A stretch of DNA of 64,000 bases from an uncultured Candidatus Saccharibacteria bacterium (GCA_964350935.1 CAYGLL010000001.1:38090-102089); one strand, 5' to 3'; numbered from the stretch's first letter, positions 10,398 through 20,847 are shown. Made by a program: numbers and translations. Notes: a model not told the origin generated them from the letters alone.

Positions 10398-11567
10398 ATG
10401 TCTATTAAACTTTCTCCTGTTATTGATTTCGGCAAGATGCCGATTGCCAATGCCTTTTTGACTCCCGAGGAATTTTCTAAGGAATTTTTTTACGATATGG
10501 TGGTGGGTTTTGATTCCAAGACTTCTGCGATTGGACTCGTAAACACCGTGCCACCTGAAAAAATGTTCCACGACCATTACGCCTTTTTCTCGTCGACTTC
10601 GCAGTATATGAAGCGTCATTTTGCGGAGACTGCAAAAAAGTTGGAGCCATATGCTAGAAAGGGAATTGTGGTTGAGATGGGCTCGAATGACGGCGTGATG
10701 CTTGAGGCCTGGAAGGAAATGAACGTGCGTGCAATCGGTGTTGAACCTTCCAGCAACGTCGCAGCCGCCTCAAAAGCAAAAGGGCATGAAGTGATCGTTG
10801 ATTTTATGAGCGAAAAAGTTGCTGATGAAATTTTGAGCCGCGGAAAAGTGAGTGTGGTCTACGGCGCGAATGTTTCGTGTCACATTGAAAATTTTGAAGC
10901 ATATGTCAAAAATGTCGCGAAGCTCATTGGTCGGGAAGGAGTCTTCGTGTTCGAGGATCCTTACTTTATCGATATGGTTGAAAAAACCTCGTACGATCAG
11001 GTATACGACGAACATTTGTGGTACTTCACGCTCGCGTTTATTAACAACATGTTCAATCCACTTGGTTTCCATGTTTTTGATTGTGAACACATTCCAGTTC
11101 ACGGCGGAGAACTGCGCATGTACGTCGGACATAAAGATACGCATAAAATAACATCACGCGTCGGGGAGTGGGTGGTGAAAGAAAAAAATCTTGAGGGACA
11201 ACTTGAAACCTTGAAGAAGAACATCGCGCTTTCCAAAACGAAACTTGTCGATTTACTCAACGCGCTCAAAAAAGAACACAAAAAGATTTGTGGCTTCGGC
11301 GCAACCTCTAAAGGTGTCATTGTTACGAACTACTGCGGCATCGGTCCTGATCTTGTTCCATTTATCACTGACAACACGCCGATCAAGCAGGGAAAGTTTT
11401 ATCCCGGCGTTCACATTCCGATCGTGCCGCAGGAGGAGTTTAAAAATGTCGATATCGGGGTGTTATTTGCGTGGAATCATTTTGAAGAGATCGCCAAGTC
11501 ACAGAAATGGTTTACCGACGGGGGCGGCAAATGGGTGACGCATGTACCGATGCCACGAATTGTATAA
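10398..11567 (+). CDS. Sugar C-methyltransferase family protein (TylC3/EryBIII-like, C-terminal C-methyltransferase domain)
   Basis: The C-terminal ...GFGATSKGVIVTNYCGIGPDLVPFITDNTPIKQGKFYPGVHIPIVPQEE...GVLFAWNHFEEI matches the conserved C-methyltransferase C-terminal domain. The N-terminal Cys4 zinc-binding module typical of the family is absent. Confidence 0.65.
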   Translation: MSIKLSPVIDFGKMPIANAFLTPEEFSKEFFYDMVVGFDSKTSAIGLVNTVPPEKMFHDHYAFFSSTSQYMKRHFAETAKKLEPYARKGIVVEMGSNDGVMLEAWKEMNVRAIGVEPSSNVAAASKAKGHEVIVDFMSEKVADEILSRGKVSVVYGANVSCHIENFEAYVKNVAKLIGREGVFVFEDPYFIDMVEKTSYDQVYDEHLWYFTLAFINNMFNPLGFHVFDCEHIPVHGGELRMYVGHKDTHKITSRVGEWVVKEKNLEGQLETLKKNIALSKTKLVDLLNALKKEHKKICGFGATSKGVIVTNYCGIGPDLVPFITDNTPIKQGKFYPGVHIPIVPQEEFKNVDIGVLFAWNHFEEIAKSQKWFTDGGGKWVTHVPMPRIV

Positions 11568-11585
11568 GGTTTAAGACCAATTTTC

Positions 11586-12230
11586 ATGGATAACCAGAGT
11601 GAATGGCTGTTTCTCGCTAATGAGCTTTTATCGCCCGTATTGCCGCAGACATCGTTCGATGCGTTTTTTGTGCATGGCTGGGCAGATCTTCACGACGAAA
11701 TGATTGAGTTTGTTGGTGTCGCATATAAAAAATATAAACCGCGGCTGGTTCTCATAAACGGAGAAAAAGAATATGAACCAGGAAAACCAGGTGTCGAATA
11801 TTGGAAGACAGAGCTTGAAAAGCGAGGGATTCCTCGTGATGCAATTCGCGGGGCCATTCCCGGACTTCATACCCTTTACGAAGCGAAGAGTTTCTGTGCT
11901 ATTGGAGCCGCTGAAAAACTCTCTAAAATCCTTGTTATCTCAGTTCCTCAGCATGTAATTCGGGCATTTTTGACTAACGTAGGCTGGGCCTTACATGAGA
12001 AGTTGCCTTTTAGGTTTGCGGGTCGCAGTATGGCTGGGGTAGAGTGGAACGAGCCGATTAGTGTAGAGGGTCTCATGAATAATCACGAAGAGACTACACG
12101 CGTTGGCCGTTTGGTTTCCGAATGTGGCCGGATCGTTAAATATCGATCGTTGTACGAAGCGGGGGACGATAATTGCGCGATCGCATCTTTTAACGAAGGC
12201 GCAGACCATATACGAAATTTTTCAAAATAA
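11586..12230 (+). CDS. Hypothetical protein, possibly DUF218/YdcF-like
   Basis: 214-aa ORF with weak resemblance only. Confidence 0.3.
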   Translation: MDNQSEWLFLANELLSPVLPQTSFDAFFVHGWADLHDEMIEFVGVAYKKYKPRLVLINGEKEYEPGKPGVEYWKTELEKRGIPRDAIRGAIPGLHTLYEAKSFCAIGAAEKLSKILVISVPQHVIRAFLTNVGWALHEKLPFRFAGRSMAGVEWNEPISVEGLMNNHEETTRVGRLVSECGRIVKYRSLYEAGDDNCAIASFNEGADHIRNFSK

Positions 12231-12254
12231 ATTATCAGTAATTACGAAAAAGAT

Positions 12255-13004
12255 ATGCCGAAAAAAAATCCAACCATTCTCGTCACTGGCGGCAGCGGTC
12301 TCTTGGGGAGCGAGATTCGAAAGCTCGAGCCTTCGGTTATTGCTCCGACTCATGCAGAGATGGATGTTCTCGATATCGCATCTGTCGAAAAGGCGCTGAA
12401 AAAATATAAACCTCAGATTGTCATTCATGCTGCAGCTGCGATGAGGCCACCGGAGCATGAAACCGACCCCATTCCCGGACTTACCGTGAATATTCAAGGC
12501 ACGGTCAATATGGCTCGCGTGTGCCACGATCTTTCAATCCGGCTTGTCTACACATCGACCGATTATATCTACAAAGGTGATGGGCCACATCTTGAATCTG
12601 AGCCGGTATTAGGGGCGCATAAATTTGCGTGGTCAAAATTGGGTGGCGAGTGCGCGGTTCGATTGCTCACCAATTCGCTCATCCTCCGACTCTCCTTCGG
12701 CCCCGTTCCGTTTCCATGGGAGAAGGTGTATGAAAATCAGACGAACTCGAAGCTCTACGTTGATGAGATCGCTCCACTGGTGTTACAGGCTGCACTTTCG
12801 GAAGCTATCGGAGTTTTGAATATTGGCGGTCCGCGTACGACACTGGAAGAATATGCAAAACGGACACGACCGGATATAAAAACGATTCCACTGCCGGAAT
12901 GGGCGCCTCAGGATACTTCGCTTGAGCTTGGTAAAATGCGTGACACCTTGAGTATTAAGAATTTATGGTCAGTTTTGAAGCATGGGAATAAAAAAAACTC
13001 CTAG
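12255..13004 (+). CDS. RmlD-like NAD(P)-dependent sugar-nucleotide reductase (short form)
   Basis: ILVTGGSGLLGSEI Rossmann motif, YTSTDYIYKG, 249 aa. Confidence 0.55.
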   Translation: MPKKNPTILVTGGSGLLGSEIRKLEPSVIAPTHAEMDVLDIASVEKALKKYKPQIVIHAAAAMRPPEHETDPIPGLTVNIQGTVNMARVCHDLSIRLVYTSTDYIYKGDGPHLESEPVLGAHKFAWSKLGGECAVRLLTNSLILRLSFGPVPFPWEKVYENQTNSKLYVDEIAPLVLQAALSEAIGVLNIGGPRTTLEEYAKRTRPDIKTIPLPEWAPQDTSLELGKMRDTLSIKNLWSVLKHGNKKNS

Positions 13005-14112
13005 TGTGAAGGTGCGCGTGCCGTTTAATAATTTAAGCGATGCGACCGGGCGTGTTCTTAATTCCTACCTGAAAGAGGTAAAAAGTTTTTTAGGACGAAA
13101 TAACTTCATTTTGTCACCCGAGGTTTCTCAGTTTGAAAAGTCATGGGCGGCTCTCTCAGGAACGACGTTTGCAGTCGGTGTTTCATCAGGAGCTGATGCA
13201 CTTTTTCTTGCACTTTCTGTTCTTGATATTGGTCCAGGTGACGAGGTTATTGTTCCAGGAAATGCCTACAATGCGAGCGTCACAGCGATACTCCGTGTGG
13301 GGGCAGTAGCACGGTTTGCCGATATTTCACCAACGACGTTTCAGATGGATCCTGAGAAGATTTTGCCGCTCATCAACGCAAAAACAAAGGCAGTTATGCC
13401 GGTTCATCTCTATGGTAGTTCATGCGATATGAATCGCGTCGTAGCAATCGCGAAAAAACACAATCTTTTTGTTGTTGAGGATTGTGCGCAGGCTCACCTT
13501 GCGACCTGGAATGGAAAAAAGCTCGGATCGTTTGGTGATGTCTCTGCATTCAGTTTTTATCCTACGAAAAACCTCGGCGCGTTCGGAGATGCAGGCGCTC
13601 TGGTTACCTCTGATAAAAAACTCTATGAAAAACTTCTGGTGCTTCGAAATCTCGGCCAGTCGGGGCGCAATAACCACGTCGAGCTCGGCTTTAACATGCG
13701 ACTTGACCCACTGCAGGCGATTGCACTTTCACTCAAATTAAAATTTCTTAAAAAAGATACCGGTCTGCGTAGAAAGAAAGCAAAGCTCTATGGCCGCTTG
13801 ATTAAACATGCGAAGCTGAAGGTTCGTGTGCCCGTTCTTTCTCCCAAGCTTGGCTCTGTCTCGCATCTTTACGTCGTTACACTTCCACAGGGTGAGCGCG
13901 AGCGTATTAAGCAAAAAATGCTCTCCTTGGGTGTTGAGACGGCGATTCACTATCCGGTGCCGGTCTACCGTCAGCCGTTCTGGAAAGATATCGTTGATCC
14001 GTGTCCAGAGAGTGACCTTCTTGCAGATACCATTCTCTCGCTGCCGTTTTATCCCGCGCTCCGTGAATCTGATCAGCGATATGTAATAGAATCCTTACAA
14101 AAATCGTTATAA
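12982..14112 (+). CDS. DegT/DnrJ/EryC1/StrS-family PLP-dependent sugar aminotransferase
   Basis: Typical family architecture. The YPTKNLGAFGDAGALVT region carries the Schiff-base Lys, followed by ...AIHYPVPVYRQP. Confidence 0.85.
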   Translation: MGIKKTPSVKVRVPFNNLSDATGRVLNSYLKEVKSFLGRNNFILSPEVSQFEKSWAALSGTTFAVGVSSGADALFLALSVLDIGPGDEVIVPGNAYNASVTAILRVGAVARFADISPTTFQMDPEKILPLINAKTKAVMPVHLYGSSCDMNRVVAIAKKHNLFVVEDCAQAHLATWNGKKLGSFGDVSAFSFYPTKNLGAFGDAGALVTSDKKLYEKLLVLRNLGQSGRNNHVELGFNMRLDPLQAIALSLKLKFLKKDTGLRRKKAKLYGRLIKHAKLKVRVPVLSPKLGSVSHLYVVTLPQGERERIKQKMLSLGVETAIHYPVPVYRQPFWKDIVDPCPESDLLADTILSLPFYPALRESDQRYVIESLQKSL

Positions 14113-14119
14113 TTGTTCA

Positions 14120-15205
14120 ATGAAAGTACTTTTCCTGACACAGTTTGGATGGATGGGCGGTTCAAGTCGGATTCAGGTTTTGCAGTTTCTTCCGCTACTT
14201 CAGAAAGAGGGAATTGAAGCTGTCTCACGGCCGATCTACAATGACTGGTTTTATAAAATTCAGATGGGGCTTACCGATGTTCCCCATTTGTTTCGCAAAG
14301 TAACACTCGTTGTTTTTTTAGTTTGGGCACTTCTCAAAAAAATATATTACACACTCACGGCGTGGCGTTTTGCCGCTGTTGTTGTTCAGAAAGAAACCTT
14401 TCCCGCGAGTTTATTTTTTGTACTGCGCTCTACGAGCCGTAAACTTATTTACGAAATCGATGACACGATTTTTGAGATCAATCCCTTTTTAAAGCGCGGT
14501 GCTCTCGAACTAATACTCCTGAAGTATCAGGCACGGTTGTGCAAGGCTATGATGAAGCGGGCGGAGATTGTAGTTGCTGAGAACGAGTACCTCGCGAATG
14601 AAGCGCGAAAGCACAATAACAATGTCTACGTGCTTTCAGCGCCCATTGATACTGAAAAGTTTCACCCGCTGCCTAAAAAGGAAACTGCCACCGAATGTGT
14701 GGTTGGTTGGATCGGGAGTCCCTCAACGACCTATATGCTCGAGGAGATTAAAAGTGTTTTTAAACGGTTGGGTGAAAAAAATTCATCTATTATTTTAAAG
14801 ACGGTCGGCGCGCGTAAAGATTTTTCTATTGAAAAGATGAAACTAGTTGCAAAAAATTGGAGTTCAGCCGAGGAGCTTGAGGATTTAAATTCTTTCGATA
14901 TCGGTATTATGCCGTTAAACGATGACCCGTTTAACCGTGGCCGGTTGGGTTATAAAATGATTCAGTATATGGCTGTTGGGGTTCCGGTGATTGCGGCCGA
15001 TGTTGGTCTTAACCGTACGGTTGTTAACAGCGGTCAGAACGGATATCTTGTTAAGAACGAAGATGAGTGGGTTGAAAAAATTGAGCACCTCGCAACTCAT
15101 CCTGATGTGCGTAGGGTTATGGGTCTGCAGGCGCGCAAGGATGCTCTCGATCAGTATTCACTTACGTCAAAGGTTAAGGTTTATCTCGATGTATTAAAAA
15201 AATAG
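14120..15205 (+). CDS. GT4 (GT-B fold) glycosyltransferase
   Basis: C-terminal ...MPLNDDPFNRGRLGYKMIQYMAVGVPVIAADVG...NGYLV is the EX7E-type GT4 donor-binding region. Confidence 0.8.
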   Translation: MKVLFLTQFGWMGGSSRIQVLQFLPLLQKEGIEAVSRPIYNDWFYKIQMGLTDVPHLFRKVTLVVFLVWALLKKIYYTLTAWRFAAVVVQKETFPASLFFVLRSTSRKLIYEIDDTIFEINPFLKRGALELILLKYQARLCKAMMKRAEIVVAENEYLANEARKHNNNVYVLSAPIDTEKFHPLPKKETATECVVGWIGSPSTTYMLEEIKSVFKRLGEKNSSIILKTVGARKDFSIEKMKLVAKNWSSAEELEDLNSFDIGIMPLNDDPFNRGRLGYKMIQYMAVGVPVIAADVGLNRTVVNSGQNGYLVKNEDEWVEKIEHLATHPDVRRVMGLQARKDALDQYSLTSKVKVYLDVLKK

Positions 15206-15209
15206 AATT

Positions 15210-16139
15210 ATGTCGATTGCATACGAACAGGGCGCGGGGCCGGTGTGTGACCTCTGTGGCCTCGGCAATTTTACGCTGGTATATGAAGGTCTCGTGGACA
15301 CCGCGCTGCCGCTTCCGGGTGAGTTTGAAATTCGAACGTGCAATGATTGCGGTCTTGTCCGACGTACACCCGAGATGAGCGATGAAGCAATTGCGCCCTA
15401 TTACCCTCACGAGTATGTACCGTATGCAGCCGAGAAAAAATGGGTACAGGTATTGAAAAAAGTATTTTGGTCCGGAGATCGAAACCTCATCCGCCGTTTG
15501 GCGCCATCAGACGGAGTTGTTTTTGAGATCGGAAGTGCGGGAGGTGAGTTTCTTGATTTTCTGGGCAGTGATTATAGTCGGTATGGTATGGATATGGATA
15601 CCGAATGTGTCAAGCGCGGTAAAGAAAAATATGGTCTTAACCTGTTTAGTGGTAACTGCGAAACAATTTCTGTTGAGTCAATGGAACTCCCACCCGTCAA
15701 TCTTATTCTTATGTCGTATGTGCTCGAGCATTTGCACTCACCCAAACGCATGCTCGAGAAAATCCATAGGCTTCTTGCGCCCCAAGGAGTTGCGGTTATT
15801 AAAATTCCGAACTATACCTCATTCGAGCGGATGTTTTTTGGCCGCTACTGGCACAGTCTCGATATTCCGCGCCATGTGCATATTTTTACGCGTGAGTCGA
15901 TGCGGTCGTATGCTCGGAAAACAGGATTTGTTCTTGAAGAGACTCATTTTTCGCTGGTGCCCAATGACTGGATTGAAAGCATCGCCCGCTTTCTTCGCGT
16001 ACACCGCTTAGGATTGATTGCTTATTTTTTTAATTATAAAAATCCGCTGTTAGTCGCACTTTTTCTGCCGTTGTCGATTGCGGGAAAATTTTTCGGCAGA
16101 AGCCCCCGTATGACCTGCGTTTTGCGGAAAGTTGCTTAA
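15210..16139 (+). CDS. Class I SAM-dependent methyltransferase with N-terminal CxxC...CxxC zinc ribbon
   Basis: CDLCG...CNDCG zinc-ribbon Cys pairs; FEIGSAGGEF SAM motif; LLAPQGVAVIKIPN post-I motif. Confidence 0.65.
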   Translation: MSIAYEQGAGPVCDLCGLGNFTLVYEGLVDTALPLPGEFEIRTCNDCGLVRRTPEMSDEAIAPYYPHEYVPYAAEKKWVQVLKKVFWSGDRNLIRRLAPSDGVVFEIGSAGGEFLDFLGSDYSRYGMDMDTECVKRGKEKYGLNLFSGNCETISVESMELPPVNLILMSYVLEHLHSPKRMLEKIHRLLAPQGVAVIKIPNYTSFERMFFGRYWHSLDIPRHVHIFTRESMRSYARKTGFVLEETHFSLVPNDWIESIARFLRVHRLGLIAYFFNYKNPLLVALFLPLSIAGKFFGRSPRMTCVLRKVA

Positions 16140-16142
16140 TAT

Positions 16143-17051
16143 ATGGAACACGTATCCTGTGATCTCTGTGGGGGAACAAATCTAACCGAGATCGATCGTG
16201 TACCTGATCGCTATCCCGGGGCGCACGAAATGTTTTCCCTGGTGCGCTGTAGCCAGTGTTCTCTGGTGTTTGTAAATCCGCGCCCGGCTAAAGCAGAAAT
16301 AGGGAAGTATTACGGAAATGAGTATCCTTCGTTTAAACCTGCGCGAGGACTTTTTTTACGTATTAAAAAATATTTGATGAAACGTGAGGTACGGGAGATT
16401 GCGCAGCACTTCAATAAAAAAGAGATCAGTATTTTTGAAGTTGGCATGGGAAGTGGTGAGGATCTCGCACTTCTTCGTGACTATGGCGGTTTTACGGTTG
16501 CCGGAATGGATGTAAATCCAGCAGCGGTTCACGCTGCGCAACAACAGTTTAATCTCGAGTCGCACTCGGGGGAATTAGAAGAACTAAAAATGCCGAGCGA
16601 TTCTTATGATGTGGTTCGGGCAAAATATGTGGCGAGCCACGTTCATTCACCGAAACTTCTCTTCAGAGAAATTCATCGTATAGTAAAACCCCAGGGAATC
16701 GTGATGTTGTGGATTCCTAATTTCAATTCGTGGGCGCGAAAACTATTTGGTTCATACTGGGAAGGACAGGATCCGCCGCGACATCTTTTTGATTTTACCC
16801 CAGAGACGATAGGGCGATATCTCATCGAAACAGGTTTTGAACTTCAGGAGTTAACCTATAGCATGGCTCCCAATACCTGGCTTCACAGCACTCGAAATGT
16901 ACTCGCGAAGTTTTTTAAAGGAACGACTCACACAGGTAGATTACACACTCTCGGCGCGCTGTTCTTTTTACCTTTTTCTGTTGCGGCGGCACTCTTTAAG
17001 CAAAGCGATCGGATCATCATCATCGCAGAAAAAAATGATTTCATCTTTTAA
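16143..17051 (+). CDS. Class I SAM-dependent methyltransferase with N-terminal zinc ribbon (tandem paralog of 15210-16139)
   Basis: CDLCGG...CSQCS Cys pairs; FEVGMGSGED SAM motif; IVKPQGIVMLWIPN post-I motif. It is collinear with the upstream paralog. Confidence 0.65.
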   Translation: MEHVSCDLCGGTNLTEIDRVPDRYPGAHEMFSLVRCSQCSLVFVNPRPAKAEIGKYYGNEYPSFKPARGLFLRIKKYLMKREVREIAQHFNKKEISIFEVGMGSGEDLALLRDYGGFTVAGMDVNPAAVHAAQQQFNLESHSGELEELKMPSDSYDVVRAKYVASHVHSPKLLFREIHRIVKPQGIVMLWIPNFNSWARKLFGSYWEGQDPPRHLFDFTPETIGRYLIETGFELQELTYSMAPNTWLHSTRNVLAKFFKGTTHTGRLHTLGALFFLPFSVAAALFKQSDRIIIIAEKNDFIF

Positions 17052-18027
17052 AAAAAGCCGCTTGCTCGGTGCATGTGTCGGAACTGTGCTTGCGGTGGGC
17101 ATTTCGTATTTTTTATTACGAACGATCACGTTCGCCGATTTTCTCGAGAACGTACGAAGTGTAAACATTGTGTGGGTTATGGTCGGTTTTTTTCTGTACG
17201 TCGTTGCAAATAGTGCGCGCGTAAAGCGTTTCAGATTTTTAACCGAACCACAATCGCGCGCCATTTCGTTCCACAGATTTTTTTCAATTGTGTGTATCCA
17301 TAATTTTTTTAACGCGGTTATTCCGTTTCGCCTCGGTGAAGCGAGCTACCTCTATCTCATGAAACGGGAGAAGGTACTTTTCGGTGCAAATGCCGCTTCA
17401 CTTCTTGTGTCCCGCGTTCTCGATCTTGCAGTAATCTCACTGGTCTTTCTTCTTTCTCTCATTTTTATTGATCGAAGTATGTTTGCTCCGGACGTGTATC
17501 GCACTACTCTTGCATGGGTGATCGGCCTCATAGTCGGTGTCACTGCGGTTCTGATTGTCTTATACCACATTGTTTCAAAGATCACTTCGCGTGAGGGGAG
17601 AGAGAAAAAAACGCACGGCGGGTGGTTGTTTAACATTCTTGTCGATGTTCGCAGCGCGTTTATTCGTATCATTGAAGGTGGAAATCTCGGACGTCTTGCC
17701 TGTTATTCTTTGTTGGTGTGGGGGTTTGTTTTTCTCTCGGGTTTTGCCCTGATTCAGGCTCTTGGTCTTTCACTCACTCTTTCTTCCGCACTGTTTGTTT
17801 ACGCTTTTCCGGTTTTAACGAGCGTGCTGCCCATACAATTTCCGGGCGGTTTTGGAAGTTACGAAGGTCCCTTTGCGGGAGTTCTCATCCTCATGGGAGT
17901 TGCTATCGAAGTGGCAGTAAGCTCCGCTTTTATCCTTCATGTTATCGAGCTTTTATTTACCGCGTTTCTTGGTGCTCTTGGGTTGTTAGCGTATAGTATC
18001 TTTCGCCCCAAAGAAAACCATTTATAG
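17035..18027 (+). CDS. Flippase-like / lysylphosphatidylglycerol-synthase-TM-domain-like integral membrane protein
   Basis: About 330 aa with roughly 8 TM helices; start chosen at ATG 17035 (MISSFKKS), overlapping the upstream stop. The topology resembles the flippase-like domain that accompanies GT2 polyprenyl-phosphate glycosyltransferases. Confidence 0.45.
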   Translation: MISSFKKSRLLGACVGTVLAVGISYFLLRTITFADFLENVRSVNIVWVMVGFFLYVVANSARVKRFRFLTEPQSRAISFHRFFSIVCIHNFFNAVIPFRLGEASYLYLMKREKVLFGANAASLLVSRVLDLAVISLVFLLSLIFIDRSMFAPDVYRTTLAWVIGLIVGVTAVLIVLYHIVSKITSREGREKKTHGGWLFNILVDVRSAFIRIIEGGNLGRLACYSLLVWGFVFLSGFALIQALGLSLTLSSALFVYAFPVLTSVLPIQFPGGFGSYEGPFAGVLILMGVAIEVAVSSAFILHVIELLFTAFLGALGLLAYSIFRPKENHL

Positions 18028-18032
18028 GTACT

Positions 18033-19412
18033 ATGACCGACTCAGAAACACGTTTTTCCAAGCTATTTATGCGAGGGGAGTTCTCCCTCGGTTTTTGGAG
18101 TTTTGTAAAAAAGGGTGTTGGTTTTTTCGATTCTTTTTTTATTTTAAGTTCGCTCTCGGTCTACCAGTATGGTGTTTATCAGCTTCTTTTGGTCTTGTAT
18201 GCCATTTTTTCTGACATTTTTCATGATGTCTTTTCATCGGCCGTAGGAAATGATCTGACCCGTCTTATCGGAGAGAAGCGAGAGGCTGAGGCGAAAAAAT
18301 TATTTTATCAGTATGCATCATTGCGTATCGGACTTTCTATTATTCCGGCGATTCTATTCTTCTTTATTATTCCTTCTTTTTACCTTTCGACTTTGGGAAC
18401 TGAGGCAATCATCTGGCTCAAAACACTCGCGCTGTTGTTTCCGATTGAAGCTGTCTTTCGTCTGGGATTATTGCTTCTGAACCTGCGTCTAGAATTTAAA
18501 GTGGTTGCCATTCGGCCGACGCTCCAAAAAACCATTCAGCTCGGACTCATCATTATTTGTTTTTTTAGCGGAACACTCACTTTAACCACAATATTTTTCA
18601 TTCAGACCGCAACCCTGGTTATTCTCCTGCTGCTTTTGTATCGACCACTTTTTGCGGCGCTTCGACGATGGAAGGATGTCCAAGCCCACGAAATCGGCCT
18701 TCTCTCAAAAATAATTTTTGGGTATGGAAAGTGGGAAATTCCGCAACTGGCATTTAAGGACTTGATGGGGAAGGTAAACCCGTTTGTTATTAAGCTTTTA
18801 TTAAATACCGAAGCAGTTGGTATTTATGCCGTCGCAAATACGGCGATCTCAGTTCTCAAAGATCTCTTGCCCGTACGTACGCTTTCGATGCTTGTTCCGC
18901 GGAAAGTACACGACGAATTTTTCCGAAACAATCTCTTTTTCTTTGGAACGAAATACTATATTCTTGCGGCCCTGGGCGTTGCGCTTTTCGGTGCCGTGAC
19001 CTACCCCATATTTATTTCGGTATTCTTCCCTAAATTTGCCTCGTCGCTTCCCGTCTTCTATGTTTTAGTGCCCTCAATTGTCATTTTCGCTGGAGTAAAG
19101 CTTCTGAGCATTTTATTGTTGGCGCGCCGCCGACAGCGTTTTTTGTTTATACAGTCAATGATTGATAATATCATCCAGATCACCCTCATGTTCATTCTTG
19201 CGCCGAAGTTTGGGTTAATTGGCTTTGCCGCAGCGATTGTCGGCGGCGATTTATTGCTCCAGATACTACGCTACGCATATCTACGGCGCACCGGTTTCGT
19301 ACCCGCGTTTCCTGTCGATATCTTCTTTAACTTTCAAGCCGAAGAGGATCGGAAAGTGCTCACGCTCATTCGGTCTAATCTCTTCAAGTTTTTGCGCATT
19401 AAAGGCGCGTAG
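18033..19412 (+). CDS. Wzx-like polysaccharide/oligosaccharide flippase (MOP superfamily, polysaccharide biosynthesis protein)
   Basis: 459 aa with about 12-14 TM helices and a typical hydrophobic periodicity. Confidence 0.65.
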   Translation: MTDSETRFSKLFMRGEFSLGFWSFVKKGVGFFDSFFILSSLSVYQYGVYQLLLVLYAIFSDIFHDVFSSAVGNDLTRLIGEKREAEAKKLFYQYASLRIGLSIIPAILFFFIIPSFYLSTLGTEAIIWLKTLALLFPIEAVFRLGLLLLNLRLEFKVVAIRPTLQKTIQLGLIIICFFSGTLTLTTIFFIQTATLVILLLLLYRPLFAALRRWKDVQAHEIGLLSKIIFGYGKWEIPQLAFKDLMGKVNPFVIKLLLNTEAVGIYAVANTAISVLKDLLPVRTLSMLVPRKVHDEFFRNNLFFFGTKYYILAALGVALFGAVTYPIFISVFFPKFASSLPVFYVLVPSIVIFAGVKLLSILLLARRRQRFLFIQSMIDNIIQITLMFILAPKFGLIGFAAAIVGGDLLLQILRYAYLRRTGFVPAFPVDIFFNFQAEEDRKVLTLIRSNLFKFLRIKGA

Positions 19413-19417
19413 CTATT

Positions 19418-20824
19418 ATGAATGCATCTCCTAAAGTAATTCTTGTTCCTGTCACCAGCAATTTCTTTGCGCGTAACTTTTTGCGCACCGAGGCGCTTTC
19501 TATCTTGAAGGGCCAGAGGGAAGTGCGTCTTGTTTTTTTAGTACCGAAAACCCAGCTTGATCATTATCGATCGACGTATCCGTTCGACAATGTCGAGTTT
19601 GATGTACTGCCGGAAATTGTTCGTACCGCAGCGAGCGAAATTTTCTTCACCTTTCTAGAACGATCAAGTATACACAGCTATCGCGTGAAGGCTGATGCGA
19701 AGGTCACCTTCTTTCGCGGATCAAGACGTGTGTCTAAACTTCAGTATTTGAAACGCGCTCCAGTCTACGTCTATAAGCGTTTTTTATATGCTCTAGGTTC
19801 ATTAGGGAAGCCGTGGCGCGGGCTGGTAAGGCGTATCTACGGCGCGTATCCGCGGAATTTTTTCAATGATATTTTTCAAAAGCACTCCCCGAGCTTGGTG
19901 TTTTGCCCAACGATGGTTTGGAGCGAGGAATATTGCCTTTTGCGCGAAGCTAAGCGCCGTGGCGTGCCGTCAGTTGGAATGGTATTTAGTTGGGACACCT
20001 TTTTCAGCAAGACTTTTTTAAGATTGCACCCCGACACGCTTGTGGTACAGACTGACATGATCAAGAGCCAGGCAGAAAAGCTCGGCGATTTTACGGGCGA
20101 GATCAGGGTAACGGGTGTTTTGCAGTATGATCTCCACTTCACCAAAAAAGATTTTCTCCCGCGGGCAGATTTTTTGAAAAAACTTGGCGGTGATCCTTCG
20201 AAAAAAATTATTCTGTATGCGCTTTCAGGCAAAGCAGGGCTTGAGGCAGATATGGCCGCTCTGGTCGCGCTTGCTGAAGCCGTACAGAAGGGAGAAATTA
20301 CGACCCCGGTTCAAATTCTGGTCCGACCGTATCCCCGCTATGATTTTAAAGAAAAAACTATTCACAATATGAAAGAAAAGTATGGCGTACTGGTCGAGGC
20401 CTCAACCACTGCAATCGGCGATGGTAGTGGCTGGGAAATGGACGAGCGCTCGATTGAATTTTTGGAAAATAGTTTGTACCACAGTGATGTGGTCGTCTCG
20501 ATGTACTCGACTTTTTTTATCGAGGGGGCAATTTTCGGGAAACCCCTGGTTGCCGCGGCTTTCGATTATCCTACGGAGCGTCCGTACTTCGATTCAGCTA
20601 AACGTTTTTTTGAACTCTGGGATCATCTCCATATTCTTAAGAGTTACCGCGGAATTGCTCTAGGGACAACGCGCGAGCTGTTTCTCAAAGAAATTAACAC
20701 GGCACTTCGCGGGGAGGATTCCTATAAAACTGGCCGCGAGGAAATTGTTATGGCACAATGTCAGTTTAAGGATGGAAGGTCAGCTGAGCGCCTCGCCACC
20801 GTGATTGTTAACGCGGTAGAGTAG
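19418..20824 (+). CDS. TagB/TagF-like CDP-alcohol (glycero)phosphotransferase family protein, paralog 1
   Basis: GT-B-like protein ending in the family-typical ...QCQFKDGRSAERLATVI C-terminal motif (DG[KR][AS]xER). Confidence 0.55.
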   Translation: MNASPKVILVPVTSNFFARNFLRTEALSILKGQREVRLVFLVPKTQLDHYRSTYPFDNVEFDVLPEIVRTAASEIFFTFLERSSIHSYRVKADAKVTFFRGSRRVSKLQYLKRAPVYVYKRFLYALGSLGKPWRGLVRRIYGAYPRNFFNDIFQKHSPSLVFCPTMVWSEEYCLLREAKRRGVPSVGMVFSWDTFFSKTFLRLHPDTLVVQTDMIKSQAEKLGDFTGEIRVTGVLQYDLHFTKKDFLPRADFLKKLGGDPSKKIILYALSGKAGLEADMAALVALAEAVQKGEITTPVQILVRPYPRYDFKEKTIHNMKEKYGVLVEASTTAIGDGSGWEMDERSIEFLENSLYHSDVVVSMYSTFFIEGAIFGKPLVAAAFDYPTERPYFDSAKRFFELWDHLHILKSYRGIALGTTRELFLKEINTALRGEDSYKTGREEIVMAQCQFKDGRSAERLATVIVNAVE

Positions 20825-20847
20825 TTTCATAGAACGCAGATTACGGC

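Noticed and set aside
15517-16011. 164-aa plus-strand ORF in an alternate frame of the zinc-ribbon methyltransferase gene
   Set aside because: It overlaps a well-supported methyltransferase CDS in another frame and has no start context or motif, so I take it for a frame artefact.
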